Assembly (NCBI RefSeq): GCF_006345805.1
Contig: NC_043017.1
Span: 9,858,001-9,922,000 of the forward strand
Reading direction: 5' to 3'
DNA: 64,000 nucleotides
Source: Octopus sinensis
Taxonomy: Eukaryota
The translations under genes were made by a program, and so were the position numbers. This document shows positions 26,060 through 37,203 of the stretch, piece by piece; position 1 is the first letter of the stretch, and each line of letters begins with the position of its first letter. A model generated the notes under the pieces. It did not search any database and was not told the origin of the DNA. It saw nothing but the letters and a program-made list of their open reading frames with translations.

Positions 26060-26500
26060 CTAATGCACTTATGGCTACGTTATCTATGAGATTATAAGAA
26101 AGCTTATGACATGATTCCACACTCATAGTGAATGTTTGAGTACATTCAGTATTGCGGTCAACTTAAAAGATTTAATTATCTATTGCATGAAGAAATAGAA
26201 AGTAGATCTTTACTCGGGTGATACAGCCTTAGGAAAGTTAATATCAAGAGGGGAATTTTCCAGGGAGACTCGTTATCCCCTTTAATATTTGTGTTATGTT
26301 TAATTACCCTCAGTTTAGTATTAAGAAATGCAAAGGCAGGGTGTCAGTTTAGATATAGTAAAGGAAAAATGAACCATTTGCTCTACATTGATGATCTGAA
26401 GCTTTTAGTAAGAATGAAAAAGATATGGATTTTTTTAAAATACAAACTGTAAAACTTTTCAGCAGAGATATAGGTATGGAATTTGACACAGGTAAATGCG
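26060..26500 (+). mobile_element. Degraded R4/Dong-clade non-LTR reverse transcriptase fragment
   Basis: Translates to DYKKAYDMIPHS, IKRGIFQGDSLSPLIFVLCL, MNHLLYIDDLKL and FSRDIGMEF..KC, with stops and frameshifts. Confidence 0.85.
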
Positions 26501-26727
26501 CAATATTAGTCATAAAAAGCCCCTGAAGTTTTCATCTCACCCTCGTAAAGGGTATTTGGTTGTTATTTTTTGCAGGTCGAATGACCGCTTAACGACCTCT
26601 TTTGGTGTAAAAGTCCGCCGGACATTGCTGTCTGCCAGTCGTAGGACTCGTAGATCCACCAGCTTTCCATGGCATATGTCACCGAAATGACATTTCCTCT
26701 GAACAAACACCAGTCCATTTCAGTCCA

Positions 26728-26929
26728 TGGCCTAGTGGCTACGGTATTGCACTTGCGGTCGTAGTTTCGATTCCCGGACCGGGCAGTGCATTCCATTCTT
26801 GAGCAGAACACTTCATTTCATGCTGTTTTAGTCCACTCAGATGTAGTGTTCTGCTCAAGAATGGAATGCACTGCCCAGTCCGGGAATCGAAACTACGACT
26901 GCCAGTGCAACACCGTAGCCACTAGGCCA
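26728..26929. repeat. Fold-back inverted duplication of a SINE head: 85-bp arms, 32-nt spacer
   Basis: Arms 26728-26812 and 26845-26929 are reverse complements with 4 mismatches. Confidence 0.95.
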
Positions 26930-27287
26930 CGCACCTTCACCGCCCTCTTGGTGGTTCACATTGAAGTTGTACTTCAATCGTTTGTGTATCCGATGCCGAA
27001 GGACACCACTTCACATATATAAGATATATGTAATAAATAGACTTCCATATTAGTCTTTTATTTACACACTTCAATGTTTTAATTATGGCATGTCTCTACC
27101 CGACTTTGCTTCGTCAAAGTTTTCTGAAAAATACGTATTTTTTCAATGAAATTTTCCAGAGGTACATTTTAGATGGTATAGATTAGGGTTTGTTGTAAAA
27201 AAAAAATTATGCCTTAATTAATTGGACACGGCAGACGATATCTGTGACCTTCGACCTTTGTAGATCCACCGACGTTTGGTTCAGTTG

Positions 27288-27403
27288 ATGACGCTCATTG
27301 GAATGGAATTTTTGAGGAATGCATTGGGGAAAGTGTTTAGTAGGAGGTCTGGGGTAGGGATAACGAGTGTAGAAGAGATAGGGGATTCTTATGGCCTACA
27401 TAG
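27288..27403 (+). CDS. Candidate first exon of FAM162: ATG 27391 (MAYI-G) is in phase with exon 2; an upstream ORF MTLIGMEFLRNALGKVFSRRS... is one base out of frame
   Basis: AG|gtaacc donor at 27404, CpG-containing flank, nearest unique exon-like segment upstream of exon 28013. Start codon unresolved. Confidence 0.35.
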
Positions 27404-28012
27404 GTAACCAATTAGGTGAGATAGAGTTCAATGGAGGAACAACAGAATAAGGCAGCCTAAAAACCGAACGTGACTGGGTTGATGTAACTTGCTTAATCAG
27501 CTCTTTTGAGATGTTGGTAGTGTGTGTATGGAGGGGGTATCAGTCACCGAACTGGGGTTATACTAGGGCACTGCTTTTCAAAAGTTCTGGCCTGTCATAT
27601 CGACCCCCAGAACTTTATTCAGTCTGATACTTTTATTTATCGAATCGCGAAGTTAGGGTTTTTTTGTCATAACCACACTAGTGCACCCCGCCGATTTTGT
27701 TTCCTCATAACTTTCAGAAAAATGGATATTTTTTAATAAAAACTATTGCAAATACGCTTCAGATGGTGTCAGAATTTATTATGAAAAAATTTTTTCCACG
27801 GGTGGAGAGGAATTTCGGTTGAACAACATTCGGTATTAGTACACATCATTCACCCACACAACGTTCCTTCAGAACATAAATACATGGAGACCCATTTGCT
27901 TTTATTGTAGTAGAGAACAAAATTCTACCCCCAAATTAGTCCATCCTGTTATAAAACCACTATAAATGTGACTAAACATACGATGCAATAAAATGTGATG
28001 CTTCAATTCTAG

Positions 28013-28112
28013 GAACTCCTGCCAACCTTAAGAGAGCAACTAATTTTGATAAACGCGTTTTGGTTTGGCATAAGAAATATAAATCTGTTGAAGATGTCCC
28101 CGAATACATTTC
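28013..28112 (+). CDS. FAM162: FAM162/UPF0389 middle exon: (G)TPANLKRATNFDKRVLVWHKKYKSVEDVPEYI(S)
   Basis: ttctag| acceptor, TC|gtgagt donor. Matches the family motif PTxxDKKILxWxGRFKxxxxIPExVS. Confidence 0.9.
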
Positions 28113-28830
28113 GTGAGTATATTCCATTTTATTCCAATGTTTTCCCTCATCCCTACCATGATATCTTGCTATCCTCTTCTTAACTATGCTGTGTTGGCCT
28201 CATCTTCATCCCCCCCCCCCCATAGTGGTCTGAGCTTAGTTTCAATGTGGTTAGCAAGCTTGTTTGCTATGCTGCAATTTATAGAAATTGTAGTTGTGAT
28301 ACCTGTGCTGGTGGCACGTAAAAAGCACCATCCGAACGTGGCCGATGCTAGCGCTGCTTTGACTGGCTTCTGTGCCAGTGGCACATAAAAAGCACCAACC
28401 AATCATGGCTGCTGCCAGTCTCCCCTGGCACCTGTACCGGTGGCACGTAAAAAGCACCCACTACACTCATGGAGTGGTTGGCATTAGGAAAGGTATCCAG
28501 CTGTAGAAACACTGCCAGATCAGACTGGAGTCTGGTGCAGCCTCCTGGCTTCCCAGACCCCGGTCGAACCGTTCAACCCATGCTAGCATGGAGAACGGAC
28601 GGTAAACGATGATGATGATGATTTGCCTTTGCTCGATCTGAAAACGGCAAAGAGGCACCTGAAAAAATTTCAGTGCATAGATCTATGGATGTGGTGTTTC
28701 AAATGTGACTCTCAGAATATCAGCAGAATGAAATGTTGTCTTTCAGTAAAGAAATTAACATCCCAGTGCTGCAGCATGTATTGTGTAGTTAGTATATTTC
28801 ATACATTTGGCACAGTCCAATGCAGAGAAA

Positions 28831-29222
28831 TCTCTCTATATATAAAACTGAAGTAGTCTGTGTATGGCAGGTTTGGTAGCCTTCAACTAACACTATCTCC
28901 TCCAAGACCCTTCGGCACAAATTGACCAAAATTGAGAGTATGATAGAAGAAAGCTTGCTCTTCCTTCCGTAGAAGAAAAAATTCAAATCGGACCATGTTA
29001 ACACCTAAAATTATTTACATGAAAAAGGTGCCTTTTTTCTATGAAAATCCCTATTTTTTACGATTTTTTGACTGCTGTGTCACCATTTTTCGGTGTATTT
29101 CAACCAGAAAAATGTTCACTTAAAGAGAATAACACGCTACATAATGCAAAATATTTACTTTTCAAAAATTCCAATTCTAAAGGGTCGAAACAAACCCAAG
29201 CAACGCCAGGCGATACTGCTAG
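28831..29222 (+). mobile_element. Non-autonomous Helitron (about 390 bp) in a FAM162 intron
   Basis: A|TCTCTCTATATATAAAA 5' end; 3' end with degenerate hairpin CCCAAGCAACGCCAGG then CTAG|T; no TSD. Confidence 0.75.
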
Positions 29223-30031
29223 TAAATAATAAATAAATAACATATGATGGGTGGCATAACAGAAGTAATGCACCCAGAACAGTCAATATAAAAGTGTACT
29301 GTATTATATATGTGGTTGGTTGAGTGATTCTCAGTCCAAAGATGGTCATCTGACCACAAATTGAATCAACCCAATGTAAAAATTTCTCCACCCATACGAT
29401 GAATGGAAAAATGGATCTGAGACAGAAAAGATTTAGACCTGGGGTCAGCCATGAGCCCCAGGGCTCATAAGGCCAGAGCCCAGCCTGGTTTTCCATTGCA
29501 TGTAAATGACTGAGACCACAACACTAACTCATCCCCGCCCACCCCTGGACAGGCTGCCAGTACATCGCAGTGTTAACTCCCCCAATATTACTGGAATTCA
29601 TTTACAGCTGAGCAACGTGAAAATGAAGTGTTTTGCTCAAAAAACACAAAACACTGCCTGATCCAGGAACCAAAACCATGAGAATCTTGCAATTGTGAGT
29701 CACACCCTAACCACTTGGCCACACATCTTAGAATCAAACTCTTCTCCCCCATCCATCCACCGAGTGTTCTCAAGTTATGTTTGACTTCCGATAATCTCAT
29801 GGACATGCCATTAAAGGTTCCACCTATCCCTCATAGACGTCTGGGATTGATGCAGAGATGTCATCCCTCCCACCTTCTTTTCCCCATTATGTACATTGCA
29901 TTAGCCTTGTCAAAATAATACAACAAACTTATTGCATATAGGGCTCAGGTTCTGCACTACAACTCATCAGAAAATGCAACCAAAACTGCATGAACAGTGC
30001 ATAGGATATGCACAGGAAGGGGACAGTTTAA

Positions 30032-30253
30032 CCCTTTCGTTACCAACCCAGCTGAAACTATCTCTGGCTCTGTAGTACAAATGTCTTATTTTCAAAAGTT
30101 CTTAATTAAAATCTTCCACCAAACCTTAGTCACAATTTATGTTCCTAACACTAGCTTAATGATAATGAAGTCATTTTACTAAATTCTTTGTTATATTTAA
30201 AATTAATTGAAAGAAACACAGAGCATCTCAAAATAAATACAGTAACAGAAGGG
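30032..30253. mobile_element. piggyBac-type MITE
   Basis: TTAA|CCCTTTCGTTAC ... GTAACAGAAGGG|TTAA. Confidence 0.88.
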
Positions 30254-30299
30254 TTAATGAGTTGTATAAAAAAAAATGGGGTGAAGGCATCAGGTGTAC

Positions 30300-30650
30300 T
30301 GTTGATGAGTTTCAGGAAGCATGGCTATGGAAATTTTGAAGGATATAGTGTCCTGACATCTAATAGCTGATATGGGTAGTTAATTCTATGCTTCAGCAAT
30401 TCTGAGCATGGAAAACTTGTTTTCAAAAGTGTTGTTTTTTTATTTTGTAAGTGTATCCATGAGTGTTAGGCATATGGGATTCAAAAATGTGCCTAAGGTT
30501 GTTGTTGGAAAAATAATGGATCATCTTGTGGGTGTCTACCAAGTTAGTTGCCAAATGTCTGAGCTTTATTGTGCCCATGCCCAGGGAAGCAAGATTTTCA
30601 GAGTATGGTTGAGGCCTGATGGCGAGTATTTGTCTGGTTGATATATTCAT
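30300..30650 (-). mobile_element. Degraded CR1/L2-group LINE 3' end
   Basis: PYSENLASLGMGTIKLRHLATNLVDTHKMI...HGYTYKIKKQH resembles the CR1 pattern Y.ERL..LGL.TL..RR...DL...YKI...TRGH..KL. Confidence 0.7.
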
Positions 30651-30659
30651 AGCATTGGC

Positions 30660-30965
30660 AGTTTTTTTTAGCTTGGATTCTCAGTTTTTCTTAAAATAAT
30701 GTGTTGTTCTGTGCTATCTGCCCTCATAACATGACCAAATTTTTATTAATATTTTTATTCTTTATTTGAAAATTTCACAATCAATAGCTGCCAAAGTTCT
30801 CTCAGATTTCATTTGCTGCAGTATTGACCTGTTTTTTTCTTTGTTCTTTTCTTTCCATCCATAATGGTCTCAACAGTCTTCTCCATCTCCATTTTCCAAA
30901 TGCACCAGTTTCTGAACTGTCCAGCTCTTGGAGCATCCATACATCATAACTGGATACATCATTGA
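30660..30965 (-). mobile_element. Degraded RTE/BovB-like LINE C-terminal fragment
   Basis: YPVMMYGC..SWT, WRRLLR and FGHVMRADS motifs. Confidence 0.75.
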
Positions 30966-31607
30966 TTTTTATCTCTCTCTCTTTGTCTCCCTCCTGTCTC
31001 TCTCTCTCTCTCTCACTTACATAATTTTCTATAGTCCCATCATGGTAGCCTCTCCATGAGTTCTTTTAATTTCAATCACGTATTCCCCTCTTTGCCATTC
31101 CTGGCAACCTTGAATCTAAGAAAAGTAAAATTGATCCACTTTTCCCACTGTCTGATATCCAGTGTATGTGCACGCATATGTGTGTGTTACACACAGACAC
31201 ATATATGGTGGCTTCCACACATTTTCTGTTTATTAAATTCATTCACAATGTATTGGTCTGGAACTATTAGTCTGTTATGCTGAACCACAAGTTACAGGAA
31301 TGTAAACAAACCAACACTGTTATCAAACAGTGTTGGATGTCAAACACATGCACACACACGCACGTACACACACACATACACACACACACACACACCATTT
31401 AATATACACAGTATTTAAATATGAGCAACTAATAGTTTCATGCTGTGGAAACACAATGATCCAACGGATTTATATTTTTTACCTTCTGTCTCCAAGCAAT
31501 CCTTCAGGTAAGAGCCTGCAGATAGCTTGGAGACACAAGGCACAATATATCAATCTGCTGGATAATTGTGTGTGTTTTTATCGCATGAAACTATTGGTAG
31601 CCTATAT

Positions 31608-31832
31608 TTAAACATTTAGCATTTAAACTGGCCATATCTGGCCTCAAGTATTCTACTTGTTAAATGTTTAAACCAGCTAGATCCAGCTTCTCACCCCTAC
31701 CTGTCAATGTCATTCTAAAAATATACAATCACATCTTTGAAATCTCGAAGCTATGAAATAATGCATGATTATTTCAAAACAATGTGTGTAAATAAGCATT
31801 ACATTTGACAGAATAATCTGAATGCTAAAGGG
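31608..31832. mobile_element. piggyBac-type MITE, second family (CCCTTTAGCATT TIR)
   Basis: Right TIR TGAATGCTAAAGGG. Further copies at 46148-46353, 46494-46707 (inverted, TTAA flanks) and about 56485-56710. Confidence 0.75.
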
Positions 31833-32026
31833 TGAAACCAGCCAGAGGTGGCTTCTCACACCTACCCTACAATGTCATTTCAAAAATAAACAATAACGCC
31901 ATTAAAATCTCAAAGCTACAAGATAGTGCATGATCAATTCAAAACACCATAAATGGATAAGTATTAAATTTGATGGAAGAATTTGAAAGCAAAAGAATTA
32001 AATACAGCATATATCCAATGATATAT

Positions 32027-32427
32027 GCAGGAGTGGCTGTGTGGTAAGTAGCTTGTTTATCAACCACATGGTTCCAGGTTCAGTCCCACTGCGTGGCACC
32101 TTGGGCAAGTGTCTTCTACTATAGCCTCGGGCCGACCAATGCCTTGTGAGTGGATTTGGTAGACGGAAACTGAAAGAAGCCCGTCGTATATATGTATATA
32201 TATATGCATGTGTGTGTTTGTGTGTCTGTGTTTGTCCCCCTAGCACTGCTTGACAACCGATGCTGGTGTGTTTATGTCCCCGTTACTTAGCGGTTCGGCA
32301 AAAGAGACCGATAGAATAAGTACTGGGCTTACAAAGGAATAAGTCCCGGGGTCGAGTTGCTCGATTAAAGGCGGTGCTCCAGCATGGCCGCAGTCAAATG
32401 ACTGAAACAAGTAAAAGAGTAAAAGAG
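32027..32427 (+). mobile_element. Full-length young SINE family B copy
   Basis: tRNA-like head GCAGGAGTGGCTGTGTGGTAAG...GGTTCAGTCCC, internal CA/TA tract, tail (GTAAAAGA)n; nearly identical to 39176-39455. Confidence 0.92.
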
Positions 32428-32718
32428 AGTATCTCTCACTGGAATGGAGGGCTTTTTTTTTTTTCTTGATCTACTTATAACAGTGGGCTTCCAAATTCAT
32501 TTGCATGAGGCATCTGTCCTGGGCTACAGTCAAAAACATTTTCCCAAGGTGTCACATAGTGGGACAGAACCCAGAGCCACATGGTTGCAAAATGAATTTT
32601 TTTACCACTCAGCAATGCATGTTATTCTTTTATTTGTTTTTTTTTTTTTGTTTTTTTGTTTTTTTCATTATTTGGTTCTGATATTTGTTTATTTTTTTTT
32701 TTCTCTCTCTCTCTTTAG

Positions 32719-32920
32719 GATATCAGTGATCAACAAAGCCAAAGACTTGAGCCGTGTCTATGTCAGCCTCTGCATGGTTGCTGTCACCATTGTCCTTTGC
32801 ATCATTGTGATGTACAGCGGGAGACAGGCTGCAAAACGGGGTGAAGGAGTGTCAAAGACCAACATGGAGTGGCACCGCCAATATAATCAACAAAAGAATG
32901 GAGATGACACCAAGAACTAA
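32719..32920 (+). CDS. FAM162: FAM162 terminal exon with transmembrane helix: ISVINKAKDLSRVYVSLCMVAVTIVLCIIVMYSGRQAAKRGEGVSKTNMEWHRQYNQQKNGDDTKN*
   Basis: Long pyrimidine tract + ag; phase 2 fits the previous exon. Family pattern AKxxxRV-(TM)-GxxAAxRxE...N.EW. Confidence 0.92.
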
Positions 32921-33394
32921 GACATATTGCTTCTTCCTCTTCTTCTTCTCTCTCTCTCTCTCATACACACAGACTCTGCACACAGTTTCATGTAGAGGCA
33001 TGTATACACAAACAAGCACATGTCCTTACACATACACATTAACACCTACACACTCACATAAACCACCCCATGACAATCAATATGGACTAACACACCCACA
33101 CTCACAAATACATGCACACACGCATGCATGCACGTGCGTACTTAATCATGCAAACACGTTTTCATTCTTGTTCCCCAAAAACCCTGCATATATACACCTA
33201 AACGGATGCTTCTTCTTCCTCCCACCACACACACACACACACAAAGGCAGTGTCCCATACACATATATATATATCACATGATCATGTGATTGAGCAGACT
33301 GTTGAGTGCTGTTATACATCGCTAGTCACAATGCACTTTGCATCGTTTTAGCTTTCTAATGAGGCCACCCTACTGACTAAGTCAGCAGGCCAAA

Positions 33395-33439
<45 letters not shown>

Positions 33440-33477
33440 TACATACATACATACATATACATACATATACATACATA

Positions 33478-33688
33478 CAGGATGAGCCAAAAGTCATGCA
33501 CAAAATTCAATATGTTCTAGAATTGTCCATGACATTTTTCAGTTTTTCTAAAATTGAATAAAACAATATTGAACACATACATATTTGTACACGTTGAACA
33601 AAATGAATAATAATAATAATAATTACAAAAACAACATAATATACATAAAATGGCAAACGTTTTGGTGTATAACTTTTGGCCCACCCTG
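33478..33688. mobile_element. Tc1/mariner-type MITE
   Basis: TA|CAGGATGAGCCAAAAGT ... ACTTTTGGCCCACCCTG|TA; 17-bp TIR with 2 mismatches. Confidence 0.85.
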
Positions 33689-34614
33689 TATATATACACA
33701 GACCCTTACACACACACACACACTCACATTTTCTCACAGCAGTCCCTTAGACACATAATTCTGCCAACATTGAGTGTTGTTGATGTTGTTGTTGTTGTGG
33801 TGGAATATCTTATACTGATTACTTAAATCCTTCCACCATCAATAAAGTAAGTACTAGTCGTGTCCTGAGGTTCGGGGGGGATTTCTATATAATCTACCAT
33901 GTTCACCACCACCATCACCACCGAAATATATAGCTTTGTGTCTCTGTTAGACACCAAAGCAGCCAAGTGGCAGAATCGGTAAAGCAGTGGACAAAATTAC
34001 AACATTGTGGTGTTTAGTTGTGATTCTATTCGTTCTGGTTCAATCCCTACTAAGGCTTACTTTGTCTTTCAGACTTCCAGGGGTCAGCAAAATACAATAC
34101 CAGTTATGTACCATTGTCTGTTCCATCTCACCAAATTCTTGGCCTTAAGACTACATTAGACATCTATTTAAAGATGCTTGTTTGACCAACCTGTTAGAAT
34201 ATCAGAAAAAAAAAATTGCTTTCTCATATTTGTTCTGGCCCTTTATGTTTTGGGTTCAAATTCACTTCTCATCCATCCTTCCGAATTTGAAAAAGAAAGA
34301 AGCTACCAGTTACATACTGGGGTTACTGTAATCAACTACCCCCTCTCTTCAAAATGTTGTCTCGTGCCAGTGGTGCAAATTATTAACTTCATCATTAATG
34401 TTATTATTATTATTATAAATAAACGTTTAGCAGAATTTTGTCTGTCTTTACGTACTGAGTTCAAATTGTGCCAAGGTCGACTTTGCCTTTCATCCTTTTG
34501 GTGTCGATAAAATAAGTACCAGTTACTCACTGGGGTTGATGTAATCAACTACTTTTCCTCCCGCCAAAAATTTTCAGGCCTTGTGCCTATAGTAGAAAGA
34601 ATTATCATTATTAT

Positions 34615-35130
34615 TATTATTATTCAGTAGTCTTGTTTCTATCACGTCCTTTCACTGCAATACCAAACACAGCTCTGTGGGCCTTGGGTACGTGTACTGT
34701 GGTTTGTTGTGGTGCTCTTATTTTTACTGTATTGAAAGTGTTTAATGTAGGATGTGCATGGTGCTATGTTATATATATATATTCGTAAGTCCTGGTGTTT
34801 TGGTTATGTATTTGTCTAAATGTTTTTGAATCATACCTAATGCACCTATCATTATAGGTATTATTTCTGTTTTCGAGCTCCATATTCAGGTTATCTCTAT
34901 TTCAGATCTTTGTATTTTGAGTTTCTGCTGTTCTTTTAGAGATGCTATGTTATCTATTGGAACTAATATGTTGATTAGAAGTCATTTCTATTCTTGGTGG
35001 TCCCTAATAACAATATCTGGCATATTAGCTTTGATCTTTCTATCTGTGCATATTAGCATATCCCAGAGTATGGTTGTTTTGTGATTTTCTGAGATATACT
35101 TATGTCATCATTTTTCTGTTGTCATTCCAT
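34615..35130 (-). mobile_element. R4/Dong-clade LINE 3' end with restriction-like endonuclease remnant and (AAT)n tail
   Basis: ILWD..ICTDRKIKANMPDIV...IIPIMIGALGMIQKHLDKY, then a 3' UTR ending in (AAT)n. Confidence 0.82.
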
Positions 35131-35665
35131 AGTGCTGGCCAGGACTGGGCAGCCAGAGACAATATGCTTTATTGTGGAATGAAATGCCTTGCTTAAGGAC
35201 ACAATGCACTGCCCGGTCCAAGAATTGAACTCCTGATCAAACAATCATCTTCCCAACATCCTAACGACTAGGCCTTCATTTAGTCACGATTGTTCCTGTT
35301 ATTTATTTTATTCAGACATAGTATATCTAGGACTACCTTATTCAGTGTGTTTTCCAACACCACCACGTCCACCATCTTTTTTTATCTTTACAAAAGTAAT
35401 CAGTTTGAGAGAGAGAGAGAGATACAGCAGCTATTTATAACAGGGCTGAACAACTGTGTAGTGGAAACTTTATTGGCTCATGTGGGTGACTCTTATTTTC
35501 TTTTTTTTCTTCTTCTTTAGACTTATTTCTAATGTGTGTGATGCCTTGTAATGCTATTTTCTGTATATTGAGCATAATTGTAAGTGCAGGGGTTTTGGTT
35601 GCTACTAGTGTGCATAATTTTTAATCATTCCCAAGGCAGCTATTGTTAATATTATTATTATTATT

Positions 35666-36420
35666 AAGACGGTGAGCTGGTAGAATGGTTAGCACTTGGG
35701 ACGAAATGCTTCGCGGTATTTTTTTTACCTGTTGATATGTTCTGAGTTCAAATTCCGCCGAGGTCAACTTTACCTTTCATCCTTTTGGGGGTCGATAAAT
35801 TAAGTACCAGTTATGCACTGGGGTCAATGTAATTGACTTATCCCCACCTCCCCTAAGCTGCCCTTGTGGCAAAATTTGAAATAATAATAGTTATTATTAT
35901 TATTAAAGTGGCAAACTGGTAGAATTGTTAGCACACTGGATGAAATGCTTAGCGGTGTTTTGCCTGTTGTTACATTGTGAGTTCAGATTCCACTGAGGTC
36001 AACTTTGCCTTTCATCCTTTTGGAGTCGATTAAATAAGTACCAGTTAAACACTGGGGTCGATGTAATCAACTGAATCCCTTCCCAAAATTTGAGGTCTTG
36101 TGCTTCCAGTAGCAAAAATTATTATTATTATTATAGAGAAGGCAGTAAGCTGGCAGAATTATTAGCATGCCGGGCAAAATGCTTAGTGGTATTTCATCTG
36201 TTTTTACGTCCTGAGTTCAAATTCCGCTGAGCTTGACTTTGCCTTTCATCTCTCAGGGTCAATAAATTACTGGTTAAACATTAGGGGTCAATGTAATTGA
36301 CTATCCACCTTTCCCCAAATTTTAGGCCTTGTGCTTACAGTAGCAGAAATGATAGAGATGAAACTGCCTTTTAGTTTTTGATGTGTTCTTTTATATTCTG
36401 AGTTCAAATCCTGCCTGGTA
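35666..36420 (+). mobile_element. Head-to-tail array of older family A SINEs separated by (ATT)n
   Basis: Three near-complete copies plus a remnant. Similar arrays at about 33960-34620, 38250-38640, 44505-45350, 47715-48130 and 49039-49600. Confidence 0.85.
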
Positions 36421-37203
36421 TCTTAAATTATTATTATTCAAAGAACATTTAGAGGTTTCTCTTTGCTTTATTAAATTCGCCAAGAATATTACGGCTTACT
36501 TTAGTAAATCTGACAATCTACAACATTTTTTTGGTGTCGTAGGTGAAAGATAACGATGTGTGGTGTCACTGGTTGTGATAATTTCCATCATCAGAAAACA
36601 GTTGATTTTGAACTGGCGCTACCATTCAATGGATCAATTAAGTTCAAATTCCAAGCAGAAACCACCAGATCTATTGTGCTACAACAACAACAGCAACAGT
36701 GGCAACAAAAGACACCCACCCCTGTCAAGAAATATTTAGGGAGGACAACAAAAAACGTTTTTTTTAATTTAGAAATAAAATAAAATGAAATTTATATTTT
36801 CTTAGAAAAAAAATGCAAAAAAAAAACCCCAAAAAAACAAAAATATATAAATAAATAAAGTTGCTTCACACGGCCTTAACACTGATGGCTCCTCTCAAAG
36901 AAAGAACTTATTAGTGCTATCCTGCCCCTGTTACCGAAATATTGACTGTAGATATGTGAACACATGAATGAAAGTAAATTTGTTAACTAAAGTCACTCTT
37001 GTTTTTTTGTCCTTTTACTATTTTTATTTTCCACATTCTCTTTGTCTTCCATTTTTCTTCTTCATTTTTGCTTTCCTTTGACCATTTTCTAATGGTTTCT
37101 ATCATTTGTCTTTATCTACTTCCTATTCTGTCTTGTTTTTTCATGTCATCATTTTCTTATCACCATCACCACCACCACTACCTCCACAATCCTTGTTCTC
37201 ATT

